Origin: Laetmonice hystrix
Taxonomy: Eukaryota
Direction: 5' to 3'
Assembly: GCA_965235115.1 (NCBI GenBank)
Contig: OZ249440.1
Coordinates: 33,358,001 to 33,422,000, forward strand
DNA: 64,000 nucleotides
Under the pieces are notes generated by a model. That model had not been told where the DNA came from. It saw nothing but the letters and a program-made list of their open reading frames with translations, and did not search any database. Below are positions 40,296 to 52,374 of this stretch, one piece after another. Within the stretch, counting starts at the first letter, position 1, and each line of letters starts with the position of its first letter. Position numbers and translations under genes: made by a program.

Positions 40296-41410
40296 TGTAA
40301 CGTGTATAGGCAACCATAGCTCCTTGCAGTGCTGCCATCTATTGGAGGGTTTGTGTGTGGGCGACCAGAGGTCAACTGTCCCTAGGGAGAGTTTGAGCTT
40401 GGGGACCGTAGGTCGCCAGCACTAAAAGGGCTTAAGGAAAAACAAATAAAGAAACAAAAATTAACTGACGGCCTCCAGTTATAATTTTCCAAATAAAGAA
40501 ATATTGGCGCAATTTGGCGGCAATTTGAAAGCGCCATCTGGTGGCATTCAGCGGCAGTGCAAGAGCACATGTGTAAAGGTCCCCCGGGCCGGGACTCTGC
40601 AGACACCGCCCGGGTCGCCGATACACACGAAAGTTTAGAATAAAAGAATGTCTCAAACTGTTCGTTACGTTGGCATGGCGCGAGGAAGCAGACAAACGAT
40701 GAGTTGTTGGTGAAGTCCACACCAAAACGATGGGACTGAGGTACTTTTATTCTGTGACTCAACCGGAGTCACAGGCAGAGTGGTTTCATACAGGATATAT
40801 GAGAATATATATACAGACTCTTAAGCTACTGTTTCTAACAGGATTATTAAAGTTGGAGACGCATTCGATGATGATGTCACTGACAACCAATAAGAATTAA
40901 CAGGAACTTATTAGCATATGTGCATCGGCACGGATTGAGCAATGTCGTCACCAACAGCCTATTAGGAAGTATACATATTGAATATATAATGAGCTCGTGT
41001 CTATGAGTGACACTTTATATGACCCTCAAGGATGTCGGGTCGTGGGCACGTGATCTGGGTTCGGCTACCATGCAGCCATGCGGTTGACTACGCTACAAGG
41101 TCAAGGCCGAATGTCTGAACCGGGTACATGTGGATACATGAATACCAATGAGAGAACCCAGCATCACTGCATGATGTTATACCCGAAGTCCTTGAGGGTA
41201 GTCGCGCAATAATATATATAATATATGGTGCCATTATAACCGACACAGAAGATGTATACCTAAGGATAATTGGGGAACACACATCTGGTCGGGGGCAATA
41301 ACTGGGGCACAAAAGCACATAAGATGTAACACTTGGGGTACATAAGGTGTAATACTTGGGGTACATAAGATATACATGCGGATGAACCAATAGACCCAAT
41401 TTTCCTTACA
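40296..41410 (-). repeat. 3' LTR
   Basis: TGTAAG...GTTACA ends on minus; preceded on minus by GGGGGGG PPT at 41414-41420. Confidence 0.9.
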
Positions 41411-41460
41411 CAACCCCCCCATTATGTTGTGAAGACGCCGCCCGGGCTTTCCCGAGCTAT

Positions 41461-43156
41461 TTACGAGACGTCTTCACACTCAACATCTTCTGGGGAGGGG
41501 GAAGGTAACTGAGTTACGAGTGTCCGCAATACCGTTTCCTCATCTGCAGTTGAGGGGGGAGGGGGTAGCTTAGCAACTAGCGTACGCAACTTTTTCTTTC
41601 TGTTGCGCACGAAACAGTACATGGCTACAAGCAGAACAGCAATACACAGAATTGGGAGACACCAGAAGTACCAAGGTACATGATACTCGGTGGAAGGCGC
41701 GTAGGTGGGTAGAGGCGTCAGCACGATCTTCTCATCAGGATGGATGACCAGAGTGTCATGGACCTTAAGTTCGTAAGTGATATATTTTTTTGTCAGTGCC
41801 GGAAGTGACGGGCGGCAGGTATCTGGTCACATTGATAATAGTTCGTGAATGTATCACGGGAAGAAATCGTCCTTCGGACCAGGAGATGCCGCAGCCGTCC
41901 GACACGACAAAACACGTGGGACCCGCGAAGGTTACGTCCCTCGGGTAGGCGTCTGGACACTGTACAGCCAGTGTCAACGTAGTGTTCGGTTGGATGATGT
42001 ATGTGAGATCATCCCGACGCTCCACCCGCGGAACCACCTCACGAGTCCATACCTGGGGACACTCTGGGGCCTGGCGTTGGAATAGAGTCCGCTCGCACAC
42101 GTGAGTCTGGTGGGACACTGAGCAAAGAATGGGCATAACACCAACGCACGATCCTGGAATTAGATACACGGTATGCGATTCGTCCACTAACAGCCTGCTA
42201 CGCACCAAGAAGCGATAGGACATGCCATGGGCTGGGACCCAATAGCTAGAGAATTCCCAATACTTATACAGAGTAGGCTGGCGAATCCAGAGGTCACACA
42301 CAGCTGTGATTCCTTCGTTCGAGTTACCTGTCTGGACTACCTTGATGCCAGCGAAGGACCGATACCATCCCAGTGGCATCCTGGTTCCAATCGTCGGGAA
42401 CCGGTCCAACGTCTGTTTGAACGCAGCGTCTAAAAAGACAAAGTGGGACAGATGTCCGCTCCATAGGGAGGCTCTCATTAGGTGATACCGGCGCCACTGA
42501 TCACCTAATATCCGCACGACCGACGCGCACCGGTCGATCATCGTCGTCAGCGCATCCACGACCTCGAGATCCGCTGTCTGGGTCAGAATTCGCTCCTGCC
42601 GCCGCTCGAAGAGCCGGACGACGGACTGGATGCGCTGGATATCTCTGAAGTTGTTGGCCGCCTGCAACCTCGTCAGGTTCATGACGGAGACCAACGTTTC
42701 TTGATTGTGATACAACACTTTCAAGCTCTCATCAGCGTGTTTTAGCTGTTTCTGTAGATTTCGGACGTCAGCTATAGTGGCTGTTCCGAATAATGATTTC
42801 GACACATCACCAATAAAGTCAAACAAACCTCGTTTTGTTCGATGGGCGTGGACATCATGGCGGTCCATCCACTCAAACTGGAGGAGCCGCAGGCGAGCCT
42901 TTAGAGCATCTTTCGTAGCTGGAGGAATGGAAACATGGTCAGCAAGAACAGAGTCTACCTTCATGTGGAGGCGATGAAATAAAGTATCGATCACCGAGGA
43001 GTCAGGTGGGTGAAGAGTGAAGATCACGGTCCATTTCGCTCGGACGACACCGGCGGTGTTGCGTTGCTCCATGAAGACACCATGGGGTAGAGGATTGTTC
43101 GTTTCTGTAGTGACACACGAGATGGCACACAACACAAGAAGTAGTAGGATAAACAT
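41461..43156 (-). CDS. env: F-type envelope glycoprotein (one frameshift at the T7 run 41785-41791)
   Basis: Signal peptide MFILLLLVLCAISC; furin site RTKR then GLFDFIGDVSKSLFG fusion peptide; heptad region; Cys-rich segment; TM WYFWCLPILCIAVLLVAMYCFV plus basic tail in the next frame. Confidence 0.85.
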
Positions 43157-43275
43157 CTTACCGGTGTTCACACATAACACAACAGGTAGATGGTAAGAGC
43201 AGGTAATGTAGACGGCAAGGGCACGTGGTGCAGAGGTGCGAAAATGTCCGGCCGTCTGTAAGTGAAAGTAAGTTT

Positions 43276-46200
43276 TTAGCGTTTCTCGAACTGGGAAACA
43301 GTAAGCGCCTGTATCAGATGGACAAAGAGGTCCAGCCGTCTGCGCTTAGCAAGTTGAGGAGAACGGGCAAGGGCACGCTTTGCAGGGCGGGGCGTGTCCT
43401 CGTCCATGGGTGTTGCGGTAGGCGGTGACATCATCTCCGTGTCGTCAGGCGTTGGCTGGCCGGGCCGTGCCGTGGACATGGTAGGAGTGTCAGGAGAAGT
43501 AGAAGGAGTGGTAGGCTCGTCACGTGATGGTAACTGATGAGGGTCTTGTGATGCCCTGGGCGCGTCATCCGTGGGATCGGCTTGTGAGGCACCATCCGGG
43601 AGTTGTTGTTGAGACCGATGTGCTTGAGTCAGCACATCCTGTTGTTCACCCTGTAGCCGGCGATGTTCGGCTCGTCTCAACTTTCGTCCCACGCCCGTCC
43701 ATCCGTCATCAGGGGCTAGTTTGACGTGTGCCCTGTTAACAACCTTTTTAGATCCGCCATCATCAAGCAAGGAAACAACAGGTCCCCTGATTTTTGTAAT
43801 GGTATACCGATGGTCCCACTTAGGATCAAGTACGCCCCGGTCATTGTTGAACACAACAACCGAATCCCCAACCTTCAATTCCGGACCACTGGACTGCTTA
43901 TTTAACCGGTTAAAATCATATTCCCGTGACTCACGAGTATTTTCATAAGCCTCACGGAAACATTGTCTCAGATACTGCCATTTATTTAGCGCTTCGTGCT
44001 CGGGGGTCAAGGCAACATCCGGAATATCGGGGTTACGACCTAAGTGGAGGAAATAAGGAGTAAAACCGTTCGGTTTGGGCGTGACCCTGTAGGCCCAGAG
44101 TGCTTGTGCTAAGCAACTCTCCCATTCATCATATCTGTTGTTTGCCAACTTTCGAAGAATGTTTTTAATCGTTCTATGCGCTCGCTCTAACTTTCCGTTA
44201 GTCTGGGGGTGATATGGAGTGGTTCTACCGTGCTGAACGTTCAAATCTTTCAAAAACTGGCGCAATTCATGGCCATTATACTCTGCACCCTGATCGGTAA
44301 TCAGAATAACGGGCGCACCGTATCGAGAAATCCATTCCCCATTAAATTTCTTCATTACCTCCCGTTCACTTTTGTTGGGAATCGGGTAGGCTTCCACCCA
44401 GGCACTTGCGTGGTCCATGACAGTCAATATGAATTTATTACCGTCAGGGGATAAGGGGAACGGTCCCACAATATCCATAGCAACAATCTCACCGGGGAGA
44501 CGTGCCTGAGTCATCCTCGTAGGAGGGGGTCGATCTTTTCGATCTTGATATACAGAACACAGTGTACACTTACGGTACACTGCCTGTATGTCGCGCCACA
44601 TCCCCGGCCATTTGTAATCGGCCGATATTAACTTTTATAGGATGCGGGGGCCGCTATGGCCGGTGGCATGATGCCAACCTTCAACTAACGCGGTGCGGTG
44701 TGCTGAGGGAACCCAAATGCGGGGGTACTCTTCTTCTCCTCGCGGTGCACGCGTTGTGCATAGCACACCTTGGGCGTTAACCATATCTTCGTCTGTCTGC
44801 CAGTCAGGAAGCTCTTCGCGTTGGTCTGCTAGAAACCTTTCAATTTCGACACCGTCGACGCGAAGACGGTTCAAAAAGTATTCATCAACTACATCGAGGG
44901 CAGCCACATCGCCTAGGGGAGTCCATTTCTCTTCAACTTCGATCGGACGTTCGAGTCGCGATAGAAAATCAGCACGGAGATTAGTGCTGCCTTTAATGAA
45001 ATTTATAGGGGCCCCATGCTCACTGATGAACATGGCCCAACGCTGAACTTTGGTGTTTCGAATTTCACCCACAAACATCGCTTTAAGTGGTTTGTGGTCA
45101 GTAAAAATCTCGAACTTAGCTCCGTACAAATATGGACGTAATACCTTCAAGGCATAAATTATGGCGTACGCTTCCTTCTCCATGGCCGGCCATCGCCGCT
45201 GCGTCGCGTTTAATGTGCTGCTCACGTATTGAACAGGGCGTGGTCGGTCAAATTTGTCGCGTTGGACAAGTATCGCGCTTACGGACACATTTGAGGCATC
45301 GACGTATACCTCATATGGTTTGTTCAGATCGGGATAGTGTTGGACAAGTCGGGGGGACGCCAGAATATCTCTCAAATATTCGAACGCTTTCTGATGCTCC
45401 GCGTCCCAGTGCCATTTAATTCGCTTCTTTGTTAAATCAGTCAACACACTGGAATGTTCACTAAACCTGGGAATCATGGATCTATAGAAACCTACCATAC
45501 CTAGGAATCTTCGAATGGCTCTCACATCAGTTGGGGCAGACATTTCTGAAATCACACGAACCTTCTCTTCCTGTGGACGGATTCCGTCCTTGTTGATTGT
45601 GAAACCAAGTAGATCTATCTGATCTAAGTGAAAATGACACTTAGATGCCTTCGCCGTCAGACCAGCTGCCTCTAAAAGTTCGAGGACGGCTCGTACGTCT
45701 TTTTCGTGCTGTTTGGAGTTTTTAGAAAAAATACATAAATCGTCCAAATATGGATAAACGCATTTGCCGATGAGTGGTCTGAGGACATCATTCATGCAAC
45801 GCTGAAAAACAGCTGGGGCAGTCTTTAAACCGAAAGGCATTCTTGTATACTCAAATAATCCAGCATGTGTAACAAATGCTGTCATGGGAATTGAGTTTTT
45901 ATGCATCGGGATTTGTGCGAATGAGGCGCGCAGATCGACGAGGCTGAACTTGGAACAACCCCTCATTTGATCTAAAATGTCCTGAATGCGGGGTAGTGGA
46001 TATGCATCCATGTGTGTTTGCTTGTTGAGAGCCCTGTAATCTACACACATCCGTGTACCTCCGTCTTTCTTTGGAACGAGTGTAACTGGAGAGGCCCAAG
46101 CAGAACAGCTGGGTCGAATTATTCCCTTTTTTGACAATTCCTCAATTTGATTTTCGATCTCTTCTCTTTTATGTAAAGGTACACGGTAGGGAGCCTTTCG

Positions 46201-46660
46201 AACAGGATTTGTGTCGTTAAGACGAATTTCCATCTTAACATTTGTATTGCACCCAATCGCCGAATCTGGGGCAAATACGGTCGGAAACTCTCTCTCCCAG
46301 TGCTGCTCCCAGGAAATATGATCTACATGCACTCTCTGACAGGATGGTTTAGGAACGGACTGGTACACCGTATCCTGTAACTTAACACAGCCTTTGTATG
46401 CATCAATCTGTGCTCTGAATTTGGTTAAAGTGTCATGCCCTATGATAAACATGGTGTCTGACCTAGAAGTAATCAAATAAAGTGGAACAACCTTACCCTG
46501 TAATTTAATGTAAACTTTACAATGTACAGGTAATTCAGCACCTGAGGTTCCTTGCAACCGAATTTTTGTCTTACAATATCGTGGTCTAGACCCCTGGAAA
46601 ATAGATTCCCACAGTCTTATGTCCATAACTGTGCGTGCTGCCCCGGTGTCGACTAGGGCA
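43276..46660 (-). pseudogene. pol: Gypsy pol (protease, RT, RNase H, integrase) with an in-frame stop at 44635-44637
   Basis: ALVDTGA, WASPV, CVDYR, MPFGLK, YLDD, VDAS, TDHKPL, HH-CC zinc finger, MDIVGPF...TDQG...NGKLER. Confidence 0.93.
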
Positions 46661-46723
46661 GTGACCGGTCAATAGGTATGGCTATATACAGGCACGGGTC
46701 ACACCCCATATCAGCACCGGGTT

Positions 46724-47040
46724 CTATGCGTTTCCCTGAAACTTAGTCACAGGCCGCTGCCGGCCTGCTCTATCCCGCTGTATATCACTAGCCTTTTTGC
46801 GGCACTCTCGCTGCATATGTCCCGTCTTATTGCAGTAATAGCAGACAATCGGGTTCTGCCTAGGGCGTTGTTCACGGGGGGTCGCCGGGGCGACCGTCGC
46901 GGGGGTTACCCTTTGTTTCAACTCGCCTACCTGTTTCTGTAAACCGGATAACTGTTTCGCAACAGCCTTAGAGATGGCCTCGGCCATCACCTCGGGGGTT
47001 ACAGGGGGCGGCGCAGCTGGGCGTGGTTTGGGTGGGACAC
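46724..47040 (-). pseudogene. gag: gag C-terminal remnant with zinc knuckle
   Basis: CYYCNKTGHMQREC; GGGAAAC just before the stop; fused directly to the truncated LTR. Confidence 0.85.
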
Positions 47041-48092
47041 CCAGAGGTCAACTGTCCCTAGGGAGAGTTTGAGCTTGGGGACCGTAGGTCGCCAGCACTA
47101 AAAGGGCTTAAGGAAAAACAAATAAAGAAACAAAAATTAACTGACGGCCTCCAGTTATAATTTTCCAAATAAAGAAATATTGGCGCAATTTGGCGGCAAT
47201 TTGAAAGCGCCATCTGGTGGCATTCAGCGGCAGTGCAAGAGCACATGTGTAAAGGTCCCCCGGGCCGGGACTCTGCAGACACCGCCCGGGTCGCCGATAC
47301 ACACGAAAGTTTAGAATAAAAGAATGTCTCAAACTGTTCGCTACGTTGGCATGGCGCGAGGAAGCAGACAAACGATGAGTTGTTGGTGAAGTCCACACCA
47401 AAACGATGGGACTGAGGTACTTTTATTCTGTGACTCAACCGGAGTCACAGGCAGAGTGGTTTCATACAGGATATATGAGAATATATATACATACTCTTAA
47501 GCTACTGTTTCTAACAGGATTATTAAAGTTGGAGACGCATTCGATGATGATGTCACTGACAACCAATAAGAATTAACAGGAACTTATTAGCATAATATTA
47601 TGTGCATCGGCACGGATTGAGCAATGTCGTCACCAACAGCCTATTAGGAAGTATACATATTGAATATATAATGAGCTCGTGTCTATGAGTGACACTTTAT
47701 ATGACCCTCAAGGATGTCGGGTCGTGGGCACGTGATCTGGGTTCGGCTACCATGCAGCCATGCGGTTGACTACGCTACAAGGTCAAGGCCGAATGTCTGA
47801 ACCGGGTACATGTGGATACACGAATACCAATGAGAGAACCCAGCATCACTGCATGATGTTATACCCGAAGTCCTTGAGGGTAGTCGCGCAATAATATATA
47901 TAATATATGGTACCATTATAACCGACACAGAAGATGTATACCTAAGGATAATTGGGGAACACACATCTGGTCGGGGGCAATAACTGGGGCACAAAAGCAC
48001 ATAAGATGTAACACTTGGGGTACATAAGGTGTAATACTTGGGGTACATAAGATATACATGCGGATGAACCAATAGACCCAATTTTCCTTACA
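47041..48092 (-). repeat. 5' LTR, truncated at its 3' end
   Basis: Matches 40365-41410 with about 4 substitutions and one 6-bp indel seen by eye. Confidence 0.9.
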
Positions 48093-48714
48093 CATGGTCT
48101 GTTTATTTGGAAGAATTACGAGCATTATATCCGTCTGAATCAAAAACATCCTGCTGTTTATTGGTTTTGGCTTGCTCGTCCCCTCCCCCCGGCCCATAGA
48201 GATTTAAATAGGATCAATTATGTTATTTAAGTATAGTGTTAGACTCAAGGCCTATCTTATTTCTGTAATTCAGGCATTCATTATCTATAGGAAAGGTTCG
48301 TTTGGTAACGTTTCTATAGGGCCTAGGCCTTATGCCTACTGGCAATTAGACCTATTATAGGCCCTACAGGGCCGTAGGCCTATCTAGCGGGGGGGGGGGG
48401 GGCAGCTGAATCTGTGAAACCTTGGATTTTGTTCCCAGATGCCAGTAAAACGCTTTTATGGCCCTATAATAACCTTTTTTTCTCGGGGAGGGCCCCCAGA
48501 CCTTCCACTCATGAATGAAGCCCTTCGCGCCTTTGCCTCGCTGCTCACATGGTTAACACCCAAAATTCCTGGATCCGCCCGTGACTGCCGAAACTCGGAA
48601 ATTTCTAGATACGGTCCCGTTATAGTGCACGAGTTTGGGAATAGGCCTACCAACCAAATAGAAATAAATATGTTTAAATTAGACATAATTTACTAAATTC
48701 ACTGTATGTCTATA

Positions 48715-48890
48715 CAGGCGCGGATCCGGGGGGGGGGGGTCCAGGGGGTCGGGACCCCCCCTGCTCAGGACCAACTTAGGTTTTTGCTATGTTATCGGGG
48801 AAGGGCCCCAGACTTTTTGCCCCCTCCTCCAGCGGGTCGCATCTTTTCGGACCCCCCCCCCCCCTGCAAAAATTCCTGGATCCGCACCTG
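48715..48890. mobile_element. Small hAT-like MITE
   Basis: CAGGCGCGGATCC / GGATCCGCACCTG TIRs; CTATA on both flanks. Confidence 0.65.
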
Positions 48891-50699
48891 CTATAGCCTA
48901 TTGGACTTTTCCTCTATTATCACTCACTGCGCATTGGGCAATATGATATTTATGGACAAATTACTTTATTTTTAATTCCATAAAAACTGGAGAGCAGAGT
49001 GGTGATGCTATGTTCATTTCAAGTAGACAAAAGTTGTTTTTTTACTTACCATGATGTTTTTGGTGCAGAAGACGTCCTGGCCTGATGGCGGTAACCAAGC
49101 AGACGACTTTCTAGTTCACCAGTTTAACACTAGGTGAAAGCTAGTTCTCTTTCTTGCTGCTAGAGCTCGGAATAAATAAGGTGATTTTATACCCAATTTT
49201 GGTTCTTCCCCCATGATAACTTTCCACGAAATGTTTGGGCAGGGGTTAGGGTTAAGGTCAGGGATAGGGATAGGGATAGGATAGGGATATGTTTTTGGAA
49301 GGTGTAGGGACTGGGGTTAGGGGTTAGGGATAAGGTCAGGGCCATGGATCTTTACTTTCCACCAAATTTCGTGGGGTTTATGTTATCATGGGCGATATAC
49401 CCAAATTTTATCTGCATATCACCTAAAATACTACATAGACCAGCAGGAGAAAATTCCTGGATGCTTAGATTTTATGACCTTCACCTCTGGCCTTTTCAAG
49501 GTCAAATTATATACTGTACGTGGAGATTTGTAATATAGGCTATCCCGGCTAATACTGTACATCAGACATCATTTTTTCATGTAATTCTCTTAATGTTTCA
49601 AAGACTGAAAGCAGAAGATATAACGTCATGTGAATATTTTTATAAATTTTCAATAATTTACGCATGATTTTGTGACCTTGATTAGATTGTGACCTTGACC
49701 TTGACCAAAGTCATCCATATACACCATCACTCTCCAACGGCAGAGGTCAGATGGCGGCCTACTGACTCTGCCACCAGCTCCCACACTACTTGCGCGTAGA
49801 AGCAGCCAGTGCTGCCATCTACTGAGCGATAATAGAGAACAAAAACAAACGCGCGTTTTTTGGATAAAAAGCCTAACTTTGACCTTGTGCTACACTACTA
49901 CTAAATCAAGCTCCAAAGATTTGTTGGTCCCCAGACATAGACATAATATCCATACTTTTTAAAAACCTGTTAGAGCTCATTAGAGCTCGACGATTTTATG
50001 TATTTTTCAGCCTGTGCTGTACATGCCCCTCATGACACCTTCCCGGCTTGGAGCTGTCACTGACCGGTACTTGCACGCGCCGATAGCCGCGAGAGGCATG
50101 CAACATGCGCATGCAAGAGCCGGTCTCTCTGTTCTTGACTTGTCGTGCGCCGAGCAATCGTACCTTAAACGATTGTGTACCTATTTAAATGGTATTTTAT
50201 AAAACCCAACCTCAACATTGTACGCCTAATCAAGTCTTATGGGCTTTAGATTTAGTCTATAACACGTTTTCTGTGTCCAAAATTGAAAACTGCGTTGCCA
50301 ACTGCTTGCTGTCGGGACTTGCTGCGTCCAAGTCCCGGCCAGTGATGGCTCCAAGCCGGGTAGGTAGCTGAGCCGGCGATATAGCCTATGAGCGAAATGT
50401 ACAGTACAGTACGACAGTACAGTGCACCCACACCTAGACTAGAGCCTTGTGTACAAGATCGAGCAGGTGCTTGGCCGGTAAACAAACGCACGTGATCAAA
50501 TTACGTCGTCTGATTGGTTACGAGCACACGTTCTATGGTTACAAGCCAAAGACGTATCACTTCCCGTGCAAAAAAACTTCCGCAAACTCTGACCATTCAC
50601 AGCATTTATTTGCCCGAAATCTTACATTTCTAGTTTTGGTAAATTGACAAGCGAAAGTCTGTGTGGTAGGCTTAACAGCGGCAGCATAGGTTTTTAACT

Positions 50700-51850
50700 G
50701 TTGGTGGAAGCAAATATTGCTCCATCAATTTGCGTGCCTCAGGGAAATTAAGTTTTCTCTGTGTTTTAACCTTTGGGATTTCGTTCTCCTTTTTCCACAC
50801 GGAACATTCGCGTGAAACAGTAGAATGACCTTGCCCGCAGTTGGCATGTTTAGCACGTTTGGCAGGCTTTTAACAGCTTGTATGGTCATGGCCTGTTTCA
50901 GCGCACTGAGAACATTTTTGTTCATTTCTACATGAGTCGGTCCCATGCCCAAACCTCTGGCACTTAAAGCAACGCAGAGCATTTGGGATGTAGGGATCGA
51001 CTTTTACCTTCAGAAAGCCAATGTCGAGTTCATCTGGTAGAGTGGGCCTGTCTAATGTCAGACAATATGTGTGTGTCTTTATGGTGTTACCATCTCGTTT
51101 CACTATCAATCTTCTGACTTCCGACACACCTTGCCAGCTCAACCCAGCAAGGATCTCCTGTTCAGTTGTTGTGTCAAGAGTTAGTTGTAATAACGCCCTT
51201 GCTGGAGTTAAGCGTCCGGTGACGAGAGGCCTTAATACTGTAACCTGCGAGTATTGTGGCACTCAGCAGGTTCGCAGATTGGGCCTTCGTGGCACACTCT
51301 ACCAACAGTTGGCCAGACCTCAAACGTTTACAATCTTTGACTGTTCCAGCTATCACCAAATTTCAGGGGCGTAGGAAAAGGGGGGGCCAGGGGGGCCATG
51401 GCCCCCCCACTTTGAAATGAGGGGGGCCAGAGTATCTTTTGGCCCCCCCACTTTTTCCCTCCCCTTGACTTTCGCCATGCATTGGAAGTGTATGGAAGTC
51501 TATGGGGGAGGGTATTTTCTCATACATGTATTTCAGACCTTATTTTGTGCTCTAAGATGCACCAAATGTCACCAAATTACACTATAAATTTCAAAATTTT
51601 TCGGGGGGGGGGGGGGCATGCTCCGGACCCCCTAGCATGGCTTCGCGCCTTCGGCGCTCGACCAGTCCCCCCGCCAAACTGTAATCCCCCTCGAAAAGTC
51701 CTGAGCATGGCCCTGTTGGCCCCCCCACTTTTAAAGTGCTTCCTACGCCTCTGCCAATATGCCTTTATGTATGGCAAAAGAGGATAGGTTAGATATTGGT
51801 CGTTCAGCTTCTGCCGATGAAAATGAAACCCCTATGAAAATGAAACCCCT
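50700..51850 (-). mobile_element. Degenerate I/Nimb-like LINE ORF1 fragment (interrupted by a MITE at 51364-51754)
   Basis: LRSGQLLVEC, HRTLNSSKGVI, PYIPNALRCFKCQRFGH...C...CSQCAETGH CCHC knuckles; CAGGGGCGTAGG / CCTACGCCTCTG insert. Confidence 0.75.
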
Positions 51851-52374
51851 AGTGTAAGTGCTATGCTAGATGCCCCTCAATCTGAGTGAATCCCTTAATT
51901 TTCCTCTCATGTCTAACTGTACTAAGTTACACCACACCTAACTGGGATAAGGGAATCATATACATCGACTGGTGCAAAAACACAGGTAGCCCCCGGGCAG
52001 CCCTCTTGTCCTGATGGAACCCCCCTCTAAGCACAATCCTGGGTACGTGCCTGAACCGAGTCTTAATTTTCAAATCTTAAGACTGAACTCTTGTTTCAGA
52101 GCTTCTGATTGGTCCTTCAAATGAAGTCAGCCAAATGAAGTCAGCCAATGAGAGACCATAACACAAGTCAGTCTTAAAATTCCAGTCTTAAGATTGGTAA
52201 AATGACGCACTAAAAACCGGGCCCAGTCATATAACCAAATGTCCTATGCAATGTTAGGTGGCGATATGTGTACCCTACATGTTTGAGGAAGAATGTACTA
52301 TGGTACGGCATTTCAGTTACGAAATTACCAATGTGATGATTGTTTTCTTGACAGGCCTACTTAAGCTAGCTTAA

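Larger units (their letters stand above)
40296..48092 (-). mobile_element. Ty3/Gypsy LTR retroelement with env (errantivirus-like), gag-deleted
   Basis: Two near-identical LTRs, G-rich PPT, gag CCHC, PR-RT-RH-IN order, third ORF encoding an envelope protein. Confidence 0.95.

Noticed and set aside
40382..41422. Duplicated ORFs, also at 47058-48197
   Set aside because: Incidental ORFs inside the two LTRs
49245..49330. Interstitial telomere
   Set aside because: Only a few TTAGGG units, embedded in a dispersed repeat
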